Positions 51,865-64,000 of a stretch of DNA of 64,000 bases are shown piece after piece. The stretch lies in the NCBI GenBank assembly GCA_903813345.2, contig CAIIXF020000001.1:496001-560000 (forward strand), read 5' to 3'. The notes beneath the pieces were generated by a model that saw nothing but the letters and a program-made list of their open reading frames with translations, did no database searches and was not told the DNA's origin. Position numbers and translations under genes: made by a program. Position 1 is the first letter of the stretch; each line of letters starts with the position of its first letter. The DNA comes from Owenia fusiformis. Taxonomy: Eukaryota.

Positions 51865-52481
51865 TTAAGATTGTCATCTTCTTTGAGAAAGGAAGCCCAC
51901 TATTCCAGCTGCTTGGGCACAAGGGAGGTTATCCAGAATGGATTTATCAGGTGAAGATGATAAACCCAATGGGAAAGTTTTTAATTCCAGGCGACGTTTC
52001 AATTAGTAAATAGAATAAGCGACAGACCCCGTTCAATAGAAGTTTAATTGAATACCTAATGTGTATTTGATCATGAAATTCTACGTTAGTATTTGCTTTC
52101 CCGAGGTATAAATATTAGAAGTACAAGACTGACTTGAAGAGAATCAACGAGAGAATCATCTCCATTGGCAAATCTGTAGAGTGAAATCAAAATCACTCCA
52201 GGGACTTTACAGTCATAGTCGAAATGCTTTCAAATCACAGTCAAACGCCCTGGTTCAGGCAGACTTAAGACCGCATTTTAACTTGACTAATGTCCCTAGA
52301 GGGATTTTAATGAAACTCGACAAATTCACCACACATTGAATGAGGATAATTTATGCCAAATCTGAAGTGATTCTAGAGCGATTTCTTGGGGTGGCGTTTT
52401 TAACACCCTGTAAAAGACTGCATTGATTGTGATTATCGTTTTTCATTTTGTTAATAATCAAGTGTAATACTGAATCTCTGG

Positions 52482-53178
52482 AATTACTTTGATAGAGGGT
52501 TATCACGACAGTTACATGACCATAAAATATTAATTACTTTGATAGAGGGTTATCACGACAGTTGCATGACCATACAATATAAACAACTTTGATAGAGGGT
52601 TATCACGACAGTTGCATGACCATACAATATTAATAACTTTGACAGAGGGTTATCACGACAGTTGCATGTCCATAAAATATAAATAACGTTGACAGGGTTA
52701 TCACGACAGTTGCATGGCCATACAATATAAACAACTTTGATAGAGGGTTATCACGACAGTTGCATGACCATACAATATTAATAACTTTGACAGAGGGTTA
52801 TCACGACAGTTGCATGACCATACAATATTAATAACTATGATAGAGGGTTATCACTACAGTTGCATGTCCATAAAATATAAATAGCGTTGACAGGGTTATC
52901 ACGACAGTTGCATTGTCATACAATATAAACAACTTTGATAGAGGGTTATCACGACAGTTGCATGACCATATAATATTAATCACTTTGATAGAGGGTTATC
53001 ACGACGGTTGCATGACCATACAATATTAATTACTTTGATAGAGAGTCATCATGACAGTTGCATGACTATACAATATTAATTACTTTGATAGAGGGTTATC
53101 ACGACAGTTACATGACCATACAATATTAATTACTTTGATAGGGGGTTATCACGACAGTTGCATGACCATACAATATAA
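52482..53178. repeat. Minisatellite, ~50-bp unit ACTTTGATAGAGGGTTATCACGACAGTTGCATGACCATACAATATTAATT, about 14 copies
   Basis: 50-bp period (52486 to 52536). Confidence 0.97.
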
Positions 53179-54479
53179 ATGCCATTTCGTGTTTCAATAT
53201 ATCAAATGATTTTGTCATTATCGTTATTTTTGGCGTCTTTATTTGATATTTTCAATTTTATGTTTGAAATGTCAATTTTCTTGTTTGAATTTTCAATTCA
53301 AACTTTTTTCAACTTTTTGTCCATTTTTTCAATTCTATGCTTGATAATCCATTACACTTTTCAATTCAAACTTTCAAAGTTTTTGTTCAAGTTTAGTAAT
53401 GTTGTTTAAAAATAGATCTTCAGTGTTTGATATTTTAAATAAGCAATTGCACATCTATCAAACTGCGAAAAACAGCTTCGCAAAGTAAAGGGAAAATTAA
53501 ACATCAAACACTAAAAATCAAGATGTCAAACTCAAAAAAATCTTACATTGCAAGATCAATAACAGCTTCGATGATCAAATTTTAGGATTCAAAAGTTGAT
53601 TGTATGATTTGGTTCGAAATAAGAATACATTGTTTTAAATAATACTGCACCATTGTTTCTATGAGAACTAAAATTTAAAATGAATTTTCTCTGAACTACT
53701 TTCATTCATGGATGAGTTTATTTCTAGCTTACTTATCGATTTTGAACGATTTTCCGACAAAAGACACACGATGATGATTACTATACAGTGATGTGACTTA
53801 TTAGTCATTTAAAGATATGCGTGAGGTCTTAAATTCAGTTTTAAATAAATTACATAATTTTAAAGCACTGAAAAACCACCTTTTGAAATTTAAAAAAGTT
53901 TATATGTGGCCTTTAAATGTCATTTAAAAACGTGTTTCCATACTTTCTCAGGTTGCTGTGCTGATGTTAAAATCAGAAAATTGAAGGTATCGTATCACAA
54001 TTATAAGTTCGACATGTTCAAACATTTTTACACGGTGTTTGTTCATGCAATACGAAAATGAAACACCATATTGTCAAACATTAAATTATTAAGCAGCGTT
54101 GGGGATTGATATTCGTCTCTACAAAGGGAAAAACGCTTCATATCAGTGAACCCATTTCCCGTAAATAAGCTATGCTGTGATAATGTTATTAGTGACGTCA
54201 TCAACAAAACATTGTATTCATGCGCGTTGTGCTATACGCTCAGGTTGATAACCCGCTTTTGGGAATTAATTCAATGGGTCACTTGCTGGACACGAAGTTT
54301 TAGAAAGGCAAATTATTCAGCATCAATTCACATTAATCTGGGTCTTTGAAGGTGGTGGGCGGAGGATTTTGAGCATTTTCACCCCCTCCCCATAGAATGA
54401 TATTTTAGGGGGTATTGTAAATCATCATTCAATAAAATCATTTCTACTATATGTGTTGAGTAAAGAGGTGGAGCTGCTT

Positions 54480-54700
54480 AACTTTTGGGTGGCCATCTTG
54501 TTTTCTGGCGGCCATTTTGAAGGTTTTTCGATATTGTCATCTTGTCATCGCCATTTCAGGAATACTGCTCTTGGAATCTTCTCCAAATTCGCACATATGA
54601 TAGAAGACATCAAGTTCTAGGGCTGATTAATTAACTTTCTGGCGGCCATTTTATTTTCTGGTGGCTATTTCAGGTTTTTCGAGTTAATCTTGTCATCAAA
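54480..54700. mobile_element. Fragment of a HINE-type internal repeat (GGCGGCCATTTT motifs)
   Basis: TTTTCTGGCGGCCATTTTG twice plus CTTGTCATC; the same motif vocabulary as the arrays at 3150-4200 and 46950-48000. Confidence 0.4.
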
Positions 54701-55127
54701 CTCCCATCTCCCAAAAGGGCATACAAGTTAAACAAACTAGCATAAAGCATTTACATTATGTATACTGCATACCCGTGTCACAGTGTTTTGTTTCCTTATG
54801 ACTAGTCGTGCCTTACCCTGGCCTTTGTTCAATCTACATATATGTGTCTGTGCTCGGGGCACAATTCTTTCACTGTTACTCATATTAATAATTAGAAAAT
54901 AAAATCTGCACAAATCAGCCAAACGGAAAAGGATGTTCCAAATGAGCATATTCCAATGGGTCACATTATTACTTTATTAACCTGGCTGAGTGGCAACTTG
55001 TCGAATTTAATTAGCATTCTACTTAATCACCTTAAAAGCAAAGCCATTTAATAATACCAAATTCATTGAATTGATTTGTAGAATACAATCAGATCGGCAA
55101 TCAGCAGTTTTGTAGAATGGGAATGAT

Positions 55128-55812
55128 TATCAACTTAATTCTGCATAATGGGTTTCACCATCAACTTAGTTCTGCAGAATTGGGTTGACCAGCAACTTAG
55201 TTCTGCAGAGTTTGATTAGCCATCAACTAAGTCATGCATAATGGGGGTGACCATCAACTTAGTGCTGCAGAATGGGTCGACCGTCAACTTGATTCTGCAG
55301 AATGGGGTTGACCATCAACATAGTTCTGCATAATGGGGTTGACCATCAACATACATAGTTCTGCATAATGGGGTTGACCATCAACTTAGTTCTGCATCAA
55401 CTTGATTCTGCAGAATTGGGGTGACCATCAATTCGATTCTGCAGAATGGGGTTGACCATCAACATAGTTCTGCATAATGGGGTTGACAATCAAAATACAT
55501 AGTTCTGCATAATGGGAATGACCATCAACTTAGAACTGCAGAATGGGGGTGACCATCAACGACTGTTACTACTACATGATGGGTCGACCAACAACTTAGT
55601 TCTGCAGAATGGGCCGACCATCAACTTAGTGCTGCAGAATGGGTCGACCGTCAACTTGATTCTGCAGAATGGGGTTGACCATTAACATAGTTCTGCATAA
55701 TGGGGTTGACCATCAACATACATAGTTCTGCATAATGGGGTTGACCATCAACTTAGTTCTGCAGAATGAGGTTGACCATCAACACAGTTGTGTAGAATGC
55801 TGTTTACCATCA
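55128..55812. repeat. Minisatellite, ~31-bp unit CTGCAGAATGGGGTTGACCATCAACTTAGTT, about 22 copies
   Basis: Directly visible; block about 55250-55395 is repeated at about 55617-55762. Confidence 0.95.
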
Positions 55813-56056
55813 AAACAGTTCTCAAACAATTCCTGGTAATATATGTTACCATTTCGACATATTGAGGGTAGAGCAGGTCACAAAGAAAATATTGAAGGTC
55901 AAAAATGTATTTTTTCAACTTGCTTCGAATTGAGTTTTTTAAATCATCTCATGCAGAAATTCAATTCTGACTTTAGATTTGACCTTTGGTTGACTTCAAA
56001 TGACGTTCATATGTTACAATGTCAACTGTTAGAACATTTCATGCTTTTGATTCAGC

Positions 56057-59000
56057 TAAACAATCAGTTTGCCATTGGCCCTCACCTTAGTCATAATTCT
56101 AAATAGAGGGTATGCGACCGAACAAAGATTAATACAATATCTTCTTTTCTATCAATGAGAAAAGCAGATTAGCATCTATGAAGATTGATTGATCATGTGT
56201 GTAACACTCCCCCATTTGTGTTCACTATTGAAGATGGTTTCATATAACAGCTGAATTACAAAAGAGTAAATAATGTATTTCACAAAACCGTTATTGTGAT
56301 CTTATGATCCGATCCAAAAATAGAGATCGGAATGGACAGACGTCAAAGACTAATTAAGCGGATCTCTATTAATCTGACTATTCAGCTTACGACGCGGATT
56401 ATTTAGTGACGGATAATTAAAATTAGCTGAAGTTTTTATTTGAGAGTCATTTGAAATGTTTCAATACGTAATACCGAGAGTTACCCATGCATTTGTATAA
56501 AGGGATGTCGTTTTTGGATCCTGTCGGTAGTAACTGTGAACCTGATATAGCTGAGTACTGTATTTTAATACAAAGATGCCCTCACTAATTACATCAAGAC
56601 AACAACATCGGAGTACGATGCACTGAACATCCTGGCGTAAATAATATATTAAACTTTTAATATATCCTAGAAACGGTAAAAGTAGCTGTAGGGTACACAT
56701 CAATTTCAGTGCTACATCAGAAAACGCTGTTGATAGATTTGTTCCAACAACTGTACTGGGATGTATGTCCTGTACATGTTATCGAAACGGAAACAGGCCG
56801 AAGCTTGGTGACAAACAACAACCTATGTCCAAACGGGTGTCGACTTTTGCCAATCAACCGAAGATACCTCAAGAAAAGCCGGAGATTGCCGAAGATTGCC
56901 GAAGCTTTTCTTTGTAAACGAAGTTGGCCGAGGGAACCACGAATGTGAAGAGGACGTCTCTAATTGGTCAAAAATAGGGGCTCGGCATTCCCCGTCAGAT
57001 TGAATCGGCAAAATTCGGTTGTATGGCTTACCTTCGGTTGCATGGCCCAACCTCGGTTGATTGGAAAAGATGCTGTCCCATGTCCAAACCTTAAGTTTCC
57101 GGAGATGTTCTATAAATATTTGTACAAAACAAAATATCATAACTCAAAAGATGGTCCCATTGTCATCGCCTTTTATCAGTGTATATGCTTTATCTAAAAT
57201 CACTAGAAATGAGTTTCACGTTTTAATTTCTAAAGGGAGGTAATTAGGTAAGTAGGAAATATCACAAAGTGAACATACGGTAATCTTTTATTCATGGCAC
57301 AAACCTGTTAGTGTTTTCCATGCTCAACATTTAATTATACATGTACACCAATTCGTGTGCACAATAATAAAACAGAAAGCTCTGACGTGACAAGTATACA
57401 TTGTATAATCAGGCTAATAGAGGGCGCAAGTGTCGGACTCTAAATAGAGCGAATCAAACTTCGATCCGATTAGGCACTAATGACGACAAAGGCTGTGCCT
57501 ACACCTTTTTTGTTTGATTAAGAATGACTCTAGATTATATTAAAATGTAATTTGCATAATATTGACATTCTAAATATATATATTTTCAGCCATTTTTTGG
57601 TTGGACAATGTTCCCTCATGATAATTTTAAAAACACTTTGAGTTTGATATGTAATTGTATCTGTAGATTGAATCTACAGTAGTATAAATAGAATAAACAG
57701 TTCTTATGTTTGATATAAACTTCACCTCAATTCCCACAACGTCATTCATATATCATACATAAAGTATCGAAGTCCCGGAATTTCAAAAAGTATGAATGTA
57801 ATTAGAAAAGCCATATGCATGTTATCATATAAAACTGTATTCATAAGTGCCAAAGGGGGAACACTATAGGCGTTACAAAACAGAGCAAAAAATGAAGCAT
57901 CAAAGAGCGCAATAAATAAATAAATAAAACCCAAAAATCCCATGATTATCAAATACATATGTAGATGTCGAATTCCTCATAACACCCTTCAGATATTTAC
58001 TGAAACTTTCAAAAACTAGCTATAATCTGATAATCAGGCTAGAAGTAAGCCAAACCGAAGTCCGGGTCTATTTCCAAAAAACTAAGAAATAGTTCATAGA
58101 TTTCTAAAAAAAATAATTGATAGAAAACGCCAGTACAAGGCTTTTAGGTAGCTGTGTGGCATTTAACACATTCAATGTAAACGTAAAAAGATGTATTCGA
58201 GAACGAAATGGGGTCATAAACACTCCTTGTATTTTTCGTTCCAAACTTGTTACCATACAAACATGCAGTCTCATGCAATCTCACTCATACTCGGACACCA
58301 GAGAGTAGTTAGTCAAATATTTGACAAAGCCAATTAGTGGCGCCAAGATCACCAAGTATTCTTCCAAAATGTGCTGACACTGGTCCTTTAATTCTCCCGT
58401 ATTTCGTGATTATGTATCCCATCACAATGGCACTTTATATGCTAAGCATGTAAGCAACATTCTATGATATAGCCTAAAATATAGCCCCTTAGAGAATTTC
58501 TTTCCATTAACAATTTAGATTTTTCAAGTGTTAAAGTAAGAACCATTTTGAAATAATGTGACGGAAACGTATACAGTGTGTATAAAAACACGGATCCAGA
58601 AGCCAACTATGGGAGGGGACAGTGGAAAATATATTTTGACGTACCGATCAATGCAGTTTTTTCCCCATGCTCACATGACATTCGTATGACCTATTCTATA
58701 AATGGCCTATTCTATAATGCTCACATGACATCCATATGGCCTATTCTATAATGCTCACATGACATTCATATGGCCTATTCTATAATGCTCACATGACATC
58801 CATATGGACTATTCTATAAATGGCCTATTCTATAATGCTCACATGACATCCATATGGACTATTCTATAAATGGCCTATTCTATAATGCTCACATGACATC
58901 CATATGGACTATTCTATAAATGGCCTATTCTATAATGCTCACATGACATTCATATGGCCTATTCTATAATGCTCACATGACATCCATATGGACTATTCTA

Positions 59001-61570
59001 TAAATGGCCTATTCTATAATGCTCACATGACATCCATATGGACTATTCTATAAATGACCTATTCTATAATGCTCACATGACATCCATATGGCCTATTCTA
59101 TAAATGGCCTATTCTATAATGCTCACATGACATCCATATGGACTATTCTATAAATGACCTATTCTATAATGCTCACATGACATCCATATGGCCTATTCTA
59201 TAATGCTCACATGACATTCATATGGCCTATTCTATAATGCTCACATGACATTCATGTGGCCTATTCTATAAATGGCCTATTCTATAATGCTCACATGACA
59301 TCCATATGGCCTATTCTATAAATGGCCTATTCTATAATGCTCACATGACATCCATATGGACTATTCTATAAATGGCCTATTCTATAATGCTCACATGACA
59401 TTCATATGGCCTATTCTATAATGCTCACATGACATCCATATGGACTATTCTATAAATGGCCTATTCTATAATGCTCACATGACATCCATATGGACTATTC
59501 TATAAATGACCTATTCTATAATGCTCACATGACATCCATATGGCCTATTCTATAAATGGCCTATTCTATAATGCTCACATGACATCCATATGGACTATTC
59601 TATAAATGACCTATTCTATAATGCTCACATGACATCCATATGGCCTATTCTATAATGCTCACATGACATTCATATGGCCTATTCTATAATGCTCACATGA
59701 CATTCATGTGGCCTATTCTATAAATGGCCTATTCTATAATGCTCACATGACATTCATATGGACTATTCTATAAATGGCCTATTCTATAAATGGCCTATTC
59801 TATAATGCTCACATGACATCCATATGGACTATTCTATAAATGGCATATTCTATAATCTCACATGACATATCCATATGGACTATTCTATAAATGGCCTATT
59901 CTATAATGCTCACATGACATATCCATAATGGACTATTCTATAAATGGCTTATTCTATAATGCTCACATGACATCCATATGGACTATTCTATAAATGGACT
60001 ATTCTATAATGCTCACATGACATCCATATGGACTATTCTATAATACTCACATGACATCCATATGGCCTATTCTATAAATGGCCTATAGTATAATGCTCAC
60101 ATGACATCCATATGGCCTATTCTATAAATGGCCTATAGTATAATGCTCACATGACATCCATATGGCCTATTCTATAATGCTCACATGGCATTCATATGAC
60201 CTATTCTATAAATGGCCTATAGTATAATGCTCACATGACATCCATATGGCCTATTCTATAATGCTCACATGACATCCATATGGCCTATTCTATAATGCTC
60301 ACATGGCATTCATATGACCTATTCTATAAATGGCCTATTCTATAATGCTCACATGACATATCCATCTGGACTATTCTATAAATGGCCTATACTATAAACA
60401 AACATACCATTGCAGTGTTGTCGGATAAGATTAATCGGGACTTGGTCTGAGATATTTTTACTGAAATTACTTCATGACAATTTCTGACACATACAATAAA
60501 GTAATACTTTCGATATCAATGTTTGATGTCTTGTAGTACAAAACCATTCACGCAAAACAATAAAAAGATCACAATGAAATTTGCCCAACATTTGAAAACA
60601 TTGGTCTTGGTCCATCGAAGATTGGATTGATAAAATCACGTATCATACGTATTCATTTTGAACAACATTTACAACATTTTTTATTACACAACATTTGCTC
60701 AAGATTCGGGTTTCGAGAAAAGTCAAACGGACATTCATCCTGGAAAACACAAAATTTGTATGATTGCAAAACGTAACCCAATATAGAAATTGTTAAACGA
60801 GCGTAAAATGGGTTCAGTTCAACATGAAACTGGCAATGAAGGGTTGAGGGTACTTGGCCTAACCAAACGTACATGTACGCTTGTATGGATGATTCGACAA
60901 TAGGCCAGAGGGACTCTGGTTATTAATGATGTTACTAATATGTCTATGACAAATTAGTCTGTGTTCTTTCTATTAACTGAAATGCATTTGGCTAAAATTG
61001 ACAATTGGCAATTTTAGAGAGTAGGCAACTTTAGACCAAAATAAAAAGCAGCCCGACTTACCTGTCTGTTGCTACTATAACTTTAAATAAGTGGCACTGT
61101 GTATTGAATACTTGATTTATAGTTCTGCGGGGTAATCAAAAAGGCACATTCGATCATGCAACAGTACTATCATGATAAGCAATTGTCTTATTCAAATGAC
61201 AAGTTGAACATATCTTCATTTGACTTGCCCTAGTCATTCACGATGTTGCATCATTCATGTCTGAAATCGAACTGATATGAAGAAAAGCTGCTGCTTTTAA
61301 TAATGTAATATAAGTACTAATATAAATCTAGTAGAGGGAAATCATAAATCAATGCTGTCTATTGGCTTGGTGATCTTAAATCAGAAGTGACCTTATAGAT
61401 TATCATCTGATTTGAGAAAGAACTTCCAGATACTTGTGCACAAAGGGGCAATTCGGCATTTGGTTTATCAGGTGAAAATGATAAACTCAATTTAAGTTAA
61501 TAATCCAGGCGACGTTTCAATTAGCATATACAATAAGAAGATCATGCTCGATATTACTTCAATTGATTAC
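56057..61570. repeat. Copy B of the old duplicated region
   Basis: See copy A. This copy carries a different insertion (the 58668-60395 minisatellite). Confidence 0.85.
58668..60395. repeat. Composite minisatellite: 34-bp unit with an optional 16-bp sub-repeat (34/50-bp variants)
   Basis: ATGCTCACATGACATCCATATGG(C/A)CTATTCTATA plus or minus AATGGCCTATTCTATA. Confidence 0.98.
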
Positions 61571-64000
61571 TTTAATGCTCATTTCATCACGCTATCTATG
61601 TGCCTATTAACCTGTACTAGATCTAGATTGAAGAAGGCGGCGGCGTAAAGTAAGTCATCAAGTGACTTTACATCACTAGGTGTGGGGGGTATATTGGTTT
61701 GTGTGTAAATATATAGATGATAGTTCAAATTAATACTTTGCTTTATCAAAACGTATCATTTGGACACTAATGTTCTTATTCTTCCAGAACATTAATTAAT
61801 TAACTCAAATTTCATAAAGACTAGCGACGGAAATCGGCCATGACTGTCTTTTTTAGTCAAGTGGCAAAAATCTATATTGTATACGACGCCGCATATTTTT
61901 CCATTGATTGCAAAAGCAAAAAGTATGGTTTTTAACATGATATCCTATGAATATCACAATAACAATTGCATAGTATTGTTTTAAAACTTCAAAATTTCAC
62001 TGCAAAGATCACATTTCTCTTCTTAGTTATTTACTTACATGCTTATTGTTTTAATACCCCGATAAATTAGGATTTATTATTGTTTATCATTGGAGATTTT
62101 TGAGGCAATTGTAGCATTGGAATGAACCCATTGAATTGCTCGCCATATTCTGACAGCCCTTTAGGCCATATATGCAAAAGTGTTAAAGGGTTCAGTGTTA
62201 AGAGTTTATATTCATTTTTCGGAATAATATGATTTGCAAGACGAGGCAAGTATTTGCCAATAATCAAGAATAGGAATTGTATCAATTAATAGCGATCTCA
62301 TCGTTGTAACGAGTATCAATGTCTATGCACTTGGATTGTTTTGATGAATTGCCTTAGGTCAGAATGGCATTAAATTCTTGAGTAATGTTGCAGAGTAAGA
62401 GCCGGGGCATACTATGGTTTTAAAGATTAATTAATTGTACATGTCTTTACTTAAATTACATTTGAATATATATATATTAGTACCCTGAAGTGTTTTCAGC
62501 CATTCTTACCACTGTTTTATGCACAGGAAAAGGTGGATGTCATGGTGGTATAGACAGTATTTAGTATTTACGCACTCTGAGAATAGAAAATTACATTTTA
62601 TTCCTGACTATACGTTTTCAGTCGGTTGGCCCGAGAATAGAAAATGATAAAATAAAACCTATGCATAATTGTTAAAATCAAGTGACGTCGAACGCTAACT
62701 TTGGATATGTGCAGAATGAAGTTATATCAGTATGTCATATACGTTAATTAATCCTCTAGGGAATAATCTGGAACAATATTCAAAATTGCAATTTTCCACT
62801 GTCGTAATGTAATTTGTGTCCTCGGTGTGTTGTTTAGAGGGCTATCAATCGCAAGAGGGCGAAATGACACAAATTTTTATTCACCATACACACCATGTTT
62901 GATTCTTAATTAAGACGACTCCGATAACATTGTATGTTTAATCAACGGAAGTTGTCTTGGTGATAGCAAAAGTGTCAGTCGGTGTTTTTTGTATTTTTCA
63001 CGTGACACGGAAAATGAAAAATGCATTTTTGATGAGACTGCACTGTTGTAAATGCAACTGCAAAATTTAGACGAGTGCAGGCGACTAAGACATGAATGTT
63101 TCTTTATGGACCACTTATTTAATAATAAATTGTTTCATTATACACAGAGGTGAGGAAATAGCGAACTCCTAGATGATTCTAATCCATCGATCTATCCGTA
63201 CTCCCTTGGCTGGCTTTTGTAATTCCCTTAGTTGTTCGTCGTCAGTCGTCATCAATCGGCATTAGTCTGCATCAATTCATATTTTGACAGTTGTTTTGTT
63301 TTGAGTCTTGAGAGGGCCGTTGAGAATTATTGTCCTTGGGATATAGTCTAATAGTCCATTATCGTGACTTTTCGTGACTTCTTAACTACCTGTACATTGT
63401 CTATGCTGGATTCAATTTAATTTTATTATTGCCCATTTCGCATGGTCATGGAAAGATTTACATCTGCCACAATTGCTGATGTTTGTTCGTATAGCCATGA
63501 AGTATTATAAATATTTAGAACGAGGTAAGGTCAAGGAATCAGGCAATACATCATCGATAATGTATCATTTTTAAGTGAATGAAGTTGCATCACAGATACG
63601 CGTTACCACACCGATGAGTGTCCGATTCACGTCGAGCCAATTTGGTAAAAATGCATATAACGTGCATAAGTACAATATGAACAGAGATGTACATATGTAG
63701 CATAAATGCATTGTACTCGTATATAAAATATGAATATAGTGCCAAAATATACTTCTCCAAAAAGGACCGTGATTTTCCTCATAGGTTTACATGTTAACCC
63801 CCATATTTGTTTGAACGACTATTTTCTAGGCTTGAAACAAAAGAAAATCTGATAAAGTGAATAAATCAATATCTTTTCCTTTATCCTTTTTTGAGGAGTA
63901 TATATTATACGAAGAATTCAATCCCAGATGTTTCAGAAAATGAAAGTATATTATTTTCACTGGCAATTTCCAGTTTACATTAAGGTAAGAAACTGTGGTA

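Larger units (their letters stand above)
43908..52050. repeat. Copy A of an old duplicated region (paralogous to about 56057-61570)
   Basis: Collinear blocks: 43908-44290/56057-56410; about 44993-45030/57247-57292; 46183-46360/58317-58495; 49733-49955/61154-61392; 51869-52050/61398-61570. Confidence 0.85.

Noticed and set aside
60653-60874. Cys-rich ORF ending CNKKCCKCCSK
   Set aside because: The Cys run comes from a short ACAACATTT repeat; no domain or splice support.

Overview
AT-rich, gene-poor eukaryotic DNA. The repeat families look like a marine invertebrate (lophotrochozoan/mollusc-like; inference only). I found no intact protein-coding gene, rRNA or CRISPR array, and almost all listed ORFs are chance or repeat artefacts. 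The window holds: (i) about ten unrelated minisatellite arrays (31-65 bp units); (ii) many non-autonomous or decayed DNA transposons, including a 5-kb Academ-like element with nested MITEs, Tc1/mariner DD37D, DD41D-like and mariner relics, TTAA-flanked Kolobok-like MITEs and Helentron/HINE-type elements with internal tandem repeats; (iii) LINE 3' fragments; (iv) a 221-bp TG...CA solo LTR with a 4-bp TSD carrying a tRNA-Lys-like Pol III cassette (Helenus-like TRIM); (v) a nested 1.3-kb TIR element with CAC-type ends and a RING-like remnant (possible Transib/RAG-like; the TSD reading is ambiguous); (vi) a near-identical 1.69-kb tandem duplication; and (vii) an old duplicated region (about 43.9-52.1 kb vs 56.1-61.6 kb) containing one much more conserved 145-bp non-coding block. 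All alignments and translations were done by eye.
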